Assembly: GCA_964016885.1 (NCBI GenBank)
Contig: OZ024766.1
Span: 558,001-622,000, forward strand
From: Eledone cirrhosa
Taxonomy: Eukaryota
Length of the DNA: 64,000 nt
Direction: 5' to 3'
Shown: piece after piece, positions 51,838 through 64,000 of the stretch
Numbering within the stretch: position 1 is the first letter of the stretch
Layout: each line of letters starts with the position of its first letter
The notes under the pieces: model-generated
What the model was told of the DNA's origin: nothing
What the model saw: the letters and a program-made list of their open reading frames with translations, nothing else
The model's database searches: none
Made by a program: the position numbers and the translations under genes

Positions 51838-52350
51838 CCATTAAATCCGACCCTGCTTACGGGGTCTTGTGCCCAAATCAAAAACCTTTAGAAACTAACG
51901 TGACGAATGTAATATTTTTTTCTAGTTAAGGCACAAGGCCAGCAATATGTGGGGAGGGGGAAGTCGATTAAATTGCCTCCAGGTCATTACTGGTACTTTA
52001 TTTTATCGCCCCCCCCCCCCATAAAGATGAAAGGCAAAGCTAACCTCTGCGGGATTTGAACTCAGAACGTAAAGGTCCCTGAGTCTATGCCGCGAAACAG
52101 GGTGCCCAACGCTCTACTGATTCTGCCAAAAATACCATGATGGAAGTAATGTGTTAGTTTAATTTCCTAGAAGCCATCACTTATGGGGTGACAAAGAGTG
52201 GGTCACACTTAACTGTAGTTAGACTACTTCACATAACCCCCACCCCCGGAAGTATACTAAAAGTCGTGTTGACCTTTAAAAGAAGTTTTTATCTCTATCT
52301 ATTGCTTAACTTTCAATGTCCTATACCACATGAAACCACATTTCTTGGAA

Positions 52351-52610
52351 AGTACAAAACAACACTATGACTACATCACATTAAATATTAAAGTATTTAC
52401 TGTAATACTGTAAATTGTCACAACAATCTGTCCACCAGTAAAGATACTATAAACATTTAGTACAAAACAACACTATGACTACATCACATTAAATATTAAA
52501 GTCTTTACTGTAATACTGTAAATATTCACAACAATCTGTCCACCAGTAAAGATACTATAAACATTTAGTACAAAACAATACTATGACTACATCACATTAA
52601 ATATTAAAGT
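52351..52610. repeat. 108-bp tandem repeat x2.4
   Basis: agtacaaaacaa recurs at 52351, 52459 and 52567. Confidence 0.85.
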
Positions 52611-53364
52611 ATCGGTAGAGGGTCGGACGCCATGCTTTGACGCATAGAGTTACGGCCCTTGCCATTCTGAGTTCAAATGACGCCGAGGTTGACTTTGCCT
52701 TTCATCCCATAATGTGGAATTAATTAAAAACGATGGTGGTGGTGTGGTGATGATGATGATGGTGGTGGTGTTGTATATGTGTGATGGTGGTGGCGGTGGC
52801 TGTATGTGATAGGAACAGATGAGAAGGATTAAAGTTAAAAAATTTAAATCTAATCCTTTATTCAGCTTAACCTAATCCTTCACACCTGCCCTTCCCCAAG
52901 ACCCCTTCTGCATTGTCCAGTAGGGGATGCAGGGCTTACATAGAACCCCCTTCTTTCCCTGGCTATCTATAAACCAGCCATTCAGTCTGAAACCCTGTAA
53001 ATAGGGGTTAGTGTTATATGTCAAACAAAGGGGTCAGAAGGGGGAGACAATCTCCCTAATTCTGGGGCCAGGATATAATGCACCAGGTACACTCTGTAAA
53101 GTACTGTGATATTTTTCATTTAATTTACACACACACCACACACACACCACACACACACCACACACACACCACACCACACACACACCACACACCACACACC
53201 ACACACACACACAACACACACACCACACACACTACACACACATGTAGAAATATCCACAGGTGTGAAAAAGGACAAAATTGCTCAGAAATGTGCAACTAAA
53301 CAAATACCTTCCATCAGGCATCTACCATATTCTGAACACCTTGCTTCCCTGGGCATGGATACGC

Positions 53365-54245
53365 TGCACAGCATCTCTCCACTTGTCATGGTCCCTCGTC
53401 ATTTCCTCTGTGAGCTTCAGCTACCTGAGGTCAGTTCTCACCACCTCCGCCCATGTTTTACGTGGTCTTCCTTCTACTGGGATTTCTTGGCACCTCTTTA
53501 CCCAGCAGTCGTCCTCCATGCACATCACATGTCCATACCATCTCAGTCTTCTCTCCCCCACACCACAACTTATCCCTCCTATACCCAGTTTCTCTCTCAA
53601 CACATCACATGTCCATACCATCTCAGCCTTCTCTCCCCCACACCACAACTTATCCCTCCTATACCCAGATTCTCTCTCACCACATCACATGTCCATACCA
53701 TCTCAGCCTTCTCTCCCCCACACCACAACTTATCCCTCCTATACCCAGTTTCTCTCTCACCACATCACATGTCCATACCATCTCAGCCTTCTCTCCCCCA
53801 CACCACAACTTATCCCTCCTATACCCAGTTTCTCTCTCACCACATCACAGGTCCATACCATCTCAGCCTTCTCTCCCCCAGACCACAACTTATGCCTCTT
53901 ATACCCAGTTTCTCTCTCACCACATCACAGGTCCATACCATCTCAGCCTTCTCTCCCACACACCACAACTTATCCCTCCTATACCCAGTTTCTCTCTCAC
54001 CACATCACATGTCCATACCATCTCAGCTTTCTCTCCCCCACACCACAACTTATCCCTCCTATACCCAGTTTCTCTCTCACCACATCACATGTCCATACCA
54101 TCTCAGCCTTCTCTCCCCCACACCACAACTTATCCCTCCTATACCCAGTTTCTCTCTCACCACATCACAGGTCCATACCATCTCAGCCTTCTCTTCCACA
54201 CACCACAACTTATCTCTCCTATATCCAGATTCTCTCTCAACTCAG
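53365..54245 (-). mobile_element. RTE LINE fragment carrying an 80-bp tandem array (about 9 units, 53521-54240)
   Basis: RRLRWYGHVMCMEDDCWVKRCQEIPVEGRPRKTWAEVV; the repeat unit is cacatcacatgtccataccatctcagcc...tctctctcac. Confidence 0.88.
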
Positions 54246-54893
54246 CTATGCTTGGTTTGCAGCATAAAGTTACGGCCCTTTATGAGCTGAGTTCAAATCC
54301 CGCCGAGGTTAACTTTGCCTTTCATCCTTACGGGGTCGATAAAATAAAGTACCAGTAATACACTGGGGTAATTGCTGGCCTTGCGCCAAAAGTAGAAACG
54401 ATTATTATAGGGTCGATAAAATAAAGTACCAGTAATACACTGGGGTATTTGCTGGCCTTGTGCCAAATGTAGAAACGGTTATTACGGGGTTGATAAAATA
54501 AAGTACCAGTAATGCACTGGGTTAATTGCTGGCCTTGTGCCAAAAATAGAAACAATTATTACGGGGGATATGAATGATTATTTAGCTATATATTACAGTG
54601 TCAACATATCTGACATGACCTTCCATGTTTGACCTGAAAGGTCACGCTATGTAACACTTTAGTAGACTTCCAAATGTCACTATTTACCATTTATGGACAA
54701 TTATCTTAATACTTTGTTTACAAACTAACTTTTGTTTCTATATGTCACCACCATCATTGGGGGGTGGGGGGTCCGGTTCCCTTCATAAATATAGATAGAG
54801 AGAAAGGGATAGTGGTTGTGAGAGAGAGACATAGAGAGAGAGAGGGAGAGGAGACAGGTGGGGAATGGAAGAGAGAGAGAGCTAGTGGTCTAG

Positions 54894-54930
<37 letters not shown>

Positions 54931-55779
54931 GTATAGGATTATCCAAGATGTAGTAATGGTTAATTACTACACTGGATATGGTTGACGTACGGTAAGAGGT
55001 TACTCTACGAGTTATGGAAGAATTGTTGAAGAAACTTAGTTCCTGATCCTTCAGTATTCCGGAGTGTATATAAAGAATGAATAATAACAGGTAGACATCA
55101 TAAAAAGGTAATTTATTCCGTGTGCTTACAAGTGTTTCCACGGTGGTACAGCATTGGACATTTGAGTTCTGCAAGTACTTGTGAATTTGCACGAAGCATA
55201 ACTAGGCTGCAGTACCACCGTGGAAACACTTGTAAGCACACGGAATAAATTACCTTTTTATGATGTCTACCTGTTATTATTCATTCTTTATATATATATA
55301 TATATATATATATACGTTTGTATATGTATAATAAAGCCAAAACAATGCAGGTATTGACATAGAATAAAGAATGCACACACATATATATATGTACGTATGG
55401 ATTCACCGAACATTTATTATAATGTTCGGTGTGTTTGTAAACAAACATCTCGAATCAAGCCGTACAGTGTCTAGCAACCATCGTTACTCATATATATATA
55501 CACACACATATATATATATATAGAGAGAGAGATAGATGTGTATATACATATGTATATATATATATACATACATATATATATACATATATAGAGAGAGAGA
55601 GATAGATATTTGACACCGGTTTAGGGGTTCCACGTAACCCTTGCCCTCTAAATATTTAATCATGAGTAATAAAAACACGAATTCCCTTCGTCGTAACCGA
55701 CGGAGTGCCACACTCTCTCTGTATTTATATATATATATGTTAAGTAGTTTGTGTTAAATAATTATATATATATATATAT

Positions 55780-57115
55780 ATTATAAGAACAGGTTAAAAT
55801 TTAAGTTAAGAATCGCTGCTTTCACGCTTAACGTGATTCAATCATCAAACATAAAAAAAGTCAGCTGAAACTTTTTTGCACCCATTTTTGCGATTAAGTA
55901 AAGACAGAGTTATCGTTCTTGAGATTTCGGCTGAGAGAAATCTGGGGAACTGATGTCGCTAAATCGTCAAAGTATTTACCTCTACTGTTGCATCATGGGA
56001 GGGTAATGGCTGAATTTTTTTTTTTTTTAACGACGGCAGTTCTTTTAATTTCTTTCCCCCCATCTTGTTCCTTGTTTGGTATTAATGAATAAATACAAAA
56101 TAATTAATTGACACCGGTTTAGGGGTTCCACGTAACCCTTGCCCTCTCGCTCCCATGGTAACTTGATGTTCAGATTAAAGAGAGGTGTGCAATAAATTAA
56201 TTATTTAATATTTATTCATTAATACCAAATAAGGAACAAGATGGCGTGAAAGAAATTAAAAAAATTGCCGTCGTTAAAAAAAAAAAATTCAGCCATTACC
56301 CTCCCATGATGCAACAGTAGAGGTAAATACTTTGACGATTTAGCGACATCAGTTCCCCAGATTTCTCTCAGCCGAAATCTCAAGAACGATAACTCTGTCT
56401 TTACTTAATCGCAAAAATGGGTGCAAAAAAAGTTTCAGCTGACTTTTTTATGTTTGATGATTGAATCACGTTAAGCGTGAAAGCAGCGATTCTTAACTTA
56501 AATTTTAACCTGTTCTTATAATATATATATAATAATATATATATATATATAATTATTTAACACAAATTACTTAACATATATATATATAAATGCAGAGAGA
56601 GTGTGGCACTCCGTCGGTTACGACGAAGGGAATTCGTGTTTTTATTACTAATGATTAAATATTTAGAGGGCAAGGGTTACGTGGACCCCTAAACCGGTGT
56701 CAAATATCTCTCTATATATATATATATGTGTATATATATATGTATGTATGTATATATATATATACATATGTATATGTATATACACATCTATCTCTCTCTC
56801 TCTATATATATATATATGAGCAACGATGGTTGCTAGACACTGTACGGCTTGATTCGAAATGTTTGTTTACAAACACACCGAGCATTATAATAAATGTTCG
56901 GTGAATCCATAATGTGTGCATGTATGTGTATATATCTATATATATACAGTGTATGTGTATATATATATATATATATACAGTGTATGTATATATATATATA
57001 TACAGTGTATGTATATATATATATATACAGTGTATGTGTATATATATATATATATACAGTGTATGTGTATATATATATATATATACAGTGTATGTATATA
57101 TATATATATACAGTG

Positions 57116-57152
<37 letters not shown>

Positions 57153-57346
57153 TGTATGTATATATATATACAGTGTATGTATATATATATATATACAGTG
57201 TATGTATATATATATACAGTGCATGTATATATATATATATATACAGTGCATGTATATATATATATATATACAGTGCATGTATATATATATATATACAGTG
57301 CATGTATATATATATATACAGTGCATGTATATATATATATACAGTG

Positions 57347-57381
<35 letters not shown>

Positions 57382-58110
57382 TGTATGTGTATATATATAT
57401 ATACAGTGTATGTATATATATATATATATATACAGTGTATGTATATATATACAGTGTATGTATATATATATATATATACAGTGTATGTGAATATATATAT
57501 ATATATATATATATACAGTGTATGTGAATATATATATATATATATATATACAGTGTATGTGAATATATATATATATATATATATACAGTGTATGTGAATA
57601 TATATATATATATATATATACAGTGTATGTGTATATATATATATATATATACAGTGTATGTGTATATATATATATATATATACAGTGTATGTGTATATAT
57701 ATATATATATACAGTGTATGTGTATATATATATATATATATATACAGTGTATGTGTATATATATATATATATACAGTGTATGTGTATATATATATATATA
57801 TACAGTGTATGTGTATATATATATATATATACAGTGTATGTGTATATATATATATACAGTGTATGTGTATATATATATATATATAGTGTATGTGTATATA
57901 TATATATATAGTGTATGTGTATATATATATATACAGTGTATGTATATATATATATATATATATACAGTGTATGTGTATATATATATATATACAGTGTATG
58001 TGTGTATATATATATATATACAGTGTATGTGTGTATATATATATATATACAGTGTATGTGTATATATATATATATATACAGTGTATGTGTATATATATAT
58101 ATATACAGTG

Positions 58111-58147
<37 letters not shown>

Positions 58148-58488
58148 TGTATGTGTATATATATATATATACAGTGTATGTATGTATATATATATATATA
58201 CAGTGTGTGTATATATATATATATATGTGTGTATATATATATATATACAGTGTGTGTATATATATATATATGTGTGTATATATATATATATATAGAGATG
58301 TGTATATATATATATAGTATGTGTATATATATATACATATGTATATATAGATGTGTGTATATATATATATATATATACAGTATATGTCTATATATATACA
58401 TATGTATATATAGATGTGTGTGTGTATATATATATATATATACATGTACACGTACATACATATATGTATACAGACGTACAGTAAGTAG

Positions 58489-58529
<41 letters not shown>

Positions 58530-60761
58530 CATGCACACATATATATGTACGTATGGATTCACCGAACATTTATTATAATGCTCGGTGTGTTTGTAAACAA
58601 ACATCCCGGGATGTTTGTTTACAAACACACCGAGCATTATAATAAATGTTCGGTGAATCCATACGTACATATATATATGTGTGCATGTATGTATATATAT
58701 ATATATATACATACTACTGTACGTCTGTATACATATATGTATGTACGTATACATACTTATATTTAAGTAACAACCGTACTAAGAGTGGGAAATGAAATTT
58801 CGTTTAATTTTTTCCGTTTATATATATATATATATAGTAATAATAATAAATGTGAAGACTAAAATCCAAAGAGGGCTCGATAAGAATAAATATATATCGA
58901 ATTATACATAAAATAAACACATTGTAACTTATTTCTGCAACGCCAGCTCTAGATCGAACCTCTTACCTCGTAGATATGTATGTATATGTATATATATATA
59001 TATAAATATAAAATAAACACATTGTAACTTATTCCTACTACGGCAGTTCGATATTGAACCTCTCACCTCGTTACGAAACAATAAATACCCATTACTCCTA
59101 CCAACGAAGCAACCAGAAAACTTGCTGTAAATTTTATATATTTAAAGTATTAAAAACCTTAAATTTATTTATTTAATTATAAATGCGGAAAGTGTAGAGA
59201 TAGAAGATAAATAAAACTGCAAAATAATCATAATATCCGAGATTGTTTTGAGAATAATAGTGTAAAATTGACACCGGTTTAGGGGTTTCACGTAACCCTT
59301 GCCCTCTAAATATTTAATTATTAGTAATAAAAACACGAATTCCCTTCGTCGTAACCGACGGAGTGCCACACTCTCTCTGTAATTACATATATATATGTTA
59401 AGTAATTTGTCTTAAATAATTATATATTATAAGAACAGGTTAAAATTTAAGTTAAGAATCGCTGCTTTCACGCTTAACGTGATTCAATCATCAAACATAA
59501 AAAAAGTCAGCTGAAACTTTTTTGCACCCATTTTTGCGATTAAGTAAAGACAGAGTTATCGTTCTTGAGATTTCGGCTGAGAGAAATCTGGGGAACTGAT
59601 GTCGCTAAATCGTCAAAGTATTTACCTCTACTGTTGCATCATGGGAGGGTAATGGCTGAATTTTTTTTTTTTTTAACGACGGCAGTTCTTTTAATTTCTT
59701 TCCCCCCATCTTGTTCCTTGTTTGGTATTAATGAATAAATACAAAATAATTAATTGACACCGGTTTAGGGGTTCCACGTAACCCTTGCCCTCTCGCTCCC
59801 ATGGTAACTTGATGTTCAGATTAAAGAGAGGTGTGCAATAAATTAATTATTTAATATTTATTCATTAATACCAAATAAGGAACAAGATGGCGTGAAAGAA
59901 ATTAAAAAAATTGCCGTCGTTAAAAAAAAAAAATTCAGCCATTACCCTCCCATGATGCAACAGTAGAGGTAAATACTTTGACGATTTAGCGACATCAGTT
60001 CCCCAGATTTCTCTCAGCCGAAATCTCAAGAACGATAACTCTGTCTTTACTTAATCGCAAAAATGGGTGCAAAAAAAGTTTCAGCTGACTTTTTTATGTT
60101 TGATGATTGAATCACGTTAAGCGTGAAAGCAGCGATTCTTAACTTAAATTTTAACCTGTTCTTATAATATATATATAATAATATATATATATATATAATT
60201 ATTTAACACAAATTACTTAACATATATATATATAAATGCAGAGAGAGTGTGGCACTCCGTCGGTTACGACGAAGGGAATTCGTGTTTTTATTACTAATGA
60301 TTAAATATTTAGAGGGCAAGGGTTACGTGGACCCCTAAACCGGTGTCAAATATCTCTCTATATATATATATATGTGTATATATATATGTATGTATGTATA
60401 TATATATATACATATGTATATGTATATACACATCTATCTCTCTCTCTCTATATATATATATATGAGCAACGATGGTTGCTAGACACTGTACGGCTTGATT
60501 CGAAATGTTTGTTTACAAACACACCGAGCATTATAATAAATGTTCGGTGAATCCATAATGTGTGCATGTATGTGTATATATCTATATATATACAGTGTAT
60601 GTGTATATATATATATATATATACAGTGTATGTATATATATATATATACAGTGTATGTATATATATATATATACAGTGTATGTGTATATATATATATATA
60701 TACAGTGTATGTGTATATATATATATATATACAGTGTATGTATATATATATATATACAGTG

Positions 60762-60798
<37 letters not shown>

Positions 60799-60992
60799 TG
60801 TATGTATATATATATACAGTGTATGTATATATATATATATACAGTGTATGTATATATATATACAGTGCATGTATATATATATATATATACAGTGCATGTA
60901 TATATATATATATATACAGTGCATGTATATATATATATATACAGTGCATGTATATATATATATACAGTGCATGTATATATATATATACAGTG

Positions 60993-61027
<35 letters not shown>

Positions 61028-61756
61028 TGTATGTGTATATATATATATACAGTGTATGTATATATATATATATATATACAGTGTATGTATATATATACAG
61101 TGTATGTATATATATATATATATACAGTGTATGTGAATATATATATATATATATATATATACAGTGTATGTGAATATATATATATATATATATATACAGT
61201 GTATGTGAATATATATATATATATATATATACAGTGTATGTGAATATATATATATATATATATATACAGTGTATGTGTATATATATATATATATATACAG
61301 TGTATGTGTATATATATATATATATATACAGTGTATGTGTATATATATATATATATACAGTGTATGTGTATATATATATATATATATATACAGTGTATGT
61401 GTATATATATATATATATACAGTGTATGTGTATATATATATATATATACAGTGTATGTGTATATATATATATATATACAGTGTATGTGTATATATATATA
61501 TACAGTGTATGTGTATATATATATATATATAGTGTATGTGTATATATATATATATAGTGTATGTGTATATATATATATACAGTGTATGTATATATATATA
61601 TATATATATACAGTGTATGTGTATATATATATATATACAGTGTATGTGTGTATATATATATATATACAGTGTATGTGTGTATATATATATATATACAGTG
61701 TATGTGTATATATATATATATATACAGTGTATGTGTATATATATATATATACAGTG

Positions 61757-61793
<37 letters not shown>

Positions 61794-62134
61794 TGTATGT
61801 GTATATATATATATATACAGTGTATGTATGTATATATATATATATACAGTGTGTGTATATATATATATATATGTGTGTATATATATATATATACAGTGTG
61901 TGTATATATATATATATGTGTGTATATATATATATATATAGAGATGTGTATATATATATATAGTATGTGTATATATATATACATATGTATATATAGATGT
62001 GTGTATATATATATATATATATACAGTATATGTCTATATATATACATATGTATATATAGATGTGTGTGTGTATATATATATATATATACATGTACACGTA
62101 CATACATATATGTATACAGACGTACAGTAAGTAG

Positions 62135-62175
<41 letters not shown>

Positions 62176-63320
62176 CATGCACACATATATATGTACGTAT
62201 GGATTCACCGAACATTTATTATAATGCTCGGTGTGTTTGTAAACAAACATCCCGGGATGTTTGTTTACAAACACACCGAGCATTATAATAAATGTTCGGT
62301 GAATCCATACGTACATATATATATGTGTGCATGTATGTATATATATATATATATACATACTACTGTACGTCTGTATACATATATGTATGTACGTATACAT
62401 ACTTATATTTAAGTAACAACCGTACTAAGAGTGGGAAATGAAATTTCGTTTAATTTTTTCCGTTTATATATATATATATATAGTAATAATAATAAATGTG
62501 AAGACTAAAATCCAAAGAGGGCTCGATAAGAATAAATATATATCGAATTATACATAAAATAAACACATTGTAACTTATTTCTGCAACGCCAGCTCTAGAT
62601 CGAACCTCTTACCTCGTAGATATGTATGTATATGTATATATATATATATAAATATAAAATAAACACATTGTAACTTATTCCTACTACGGCAGTTCGATAT
62701 TGAACCTCTCACCTCGTTACGAAACAATAAATACCCATTACTCCTACCAACGAAGCAACCAGAAAACTTGCTGTAAATTTTATATATTTAAAGTATTAAA
62801 AACCTTAAATTTATTTATTTAATTATAAATGCGGAAAGTGTAGAGATAGAAGATAAATAAAACTGCAAAATAATCATAATATCCGAGATTGTTTTGAGAA
62901 TAATAGTGTAAAATTGACACCGGTTTAGGGGTTTCACGTAACCCTTGCCCTCTAAATATTTAATTATTAGTAATAAAAACACGAATTCCCTTCGTCGTAA
63001 CCGACGGAGTGCCACACTCTCTCTGTAATTACATATATATATGTTAAGTAATTTGTCTTAAATAATTATATATTATAAGAACAGGTTAAAATTTAAGTTA
63101 AGAATCGCTGCTTTCACGCTTAACGTGATTCAATCATCAAACATAAAAAAAGTCAGCTGAAACTTTTTTGCACCCATTTTTGCGATTAAGTAAAGACAGA
63201 GTTATCGTTCTTGAGATTTCGGCTGAGAGAAATCTGGGGAACTGATGTCGCTAAATCGTCAAAGTATTTACCTCTACTGTTGCATCATGGGAGGGTAATG
63301 GCTGAATTTTTTTTTTTAAC
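55780..63320. repeat. Near-perfect 3,646-bp tandem duplication containing large palindromes and a (TA)nCAGTG satellite
   Basis: ORF translations are identical at offset 3646 (56802/60448, 59169/62815). Confidence 0.95.
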
Positions 63321-64000
63321 GACGGCGATTTTTAAAAATTTCTTTCCTCTATCTTGTTCCTTGTTTGTTATTAATAAATAAATATGAAATAATTAATTTA
63401 TTGCACACCTCTCTTTAATCTGAACATCAAGTTACCATGGGAACGAGAGGGCAAGGGTTACGTGGAACCCCTAAACCGGTGTCAATTAATTATTTTATAT
63501 TTATTCATTAATACCAAACAAGGAACAAGATGGGGGGAAAGAAATTAAAAGAACTGCCATCCTTAAAAAAAAAAAAATTCAGCCATTACCCTCCCATGAT
63601 GCAACAGTAGAGGTAAATACTTTGACGATTTAGCGACATCAGTTCCCCAAATTTCTCTCGGCCGAAATCTCAAGAACGATAACTCTGTCTTTACTTAATC
63701 GCAAAAATGGGTGCAAAAAAGTTTCTTGGCTTTTTTTGTTTGATGATTGAATCACGTTAAGCGTGAAAGCAGCGATTCTTAACTTAAATTTTAACCTGTT
63801 CTTATAATATATATATAATATATAATTATTTAAGACAAATTACTTAACATATATATATGTAATTACAGAGAGAGTGTGGCACTCCGTCGGTTACGACGAA
63901 GGGAATTCGTGTTTTTATCTTTGTCAAGGCAGAATTCTAGGAGAAGGAAAACTCTGATATAACATCTGCAACCCTGATGGTATCCAATGATGTTGACTTG

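Noticed and set aside
55611-55650. Telomeric repeat (TTAGGG/TAACCC) in the 39-bp motif
   Set aside because: These are single hexamers forming a small hairpin, not an array.
56940-58260. TACAGTG units as arrays of Tc1 termini
   Set aside because: The match is only 7 nt with no TIR body or opposing end. It is simpler read as a compound microsatellite.
56802-62400. Long YI/IY-rich ORFs (also 15246-16574, 46820-47523) and poly-V/G/W/T/H ORFs
   Set aside because: They are translations of di- and trinucleotide microsatellites.

Overview
This window is eukaryotic, AT-rich and saturated with repeats; it is most likely octopus or another coleoid cephalopod, an inference from the SINE/LINE repertoire. 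One complete gene is secure: the four-exon ribosomal protein RPL37 (+; CDS 37092-37094, 39966-40101, 41127-41211, 45407-45488; 101 aa). A probable first coding exon of a second + gene lies at 48763-48855. A speculative minus-strand spliced gene with an MGC- (acylation-type) N-terminus is threaded through 1.6-32 kb. The rest is microsatellite, two tRNA-derived SINE families, fragments of RTE, CR1, R4/Dong, CRE-like and Penelope-like retroelements, a mariner relic, piggyBac-type MITEs, many TE-derived minisatellites, a foldback element, and a chain of large palindromes inside a near-perfect 3,646-bp tandem duplication. The most interesting signal is a set of small non-coding elements, mostly in (TA)n tracts, that carry type-I hammerhead ribozyme motifs. 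Five or six motifs have intact catalytic cores and several are decayed; two intact ones lie in sense inside RPL37 intron 1. Many of these insertions share an 'inverted 5' segment + unique 3' tail' architecture, consistent with a non-autonomous Penelope/retrozyme-like system. All folds and alignments were made by eye, repeat boundaries are approximate, and no database searches were run.
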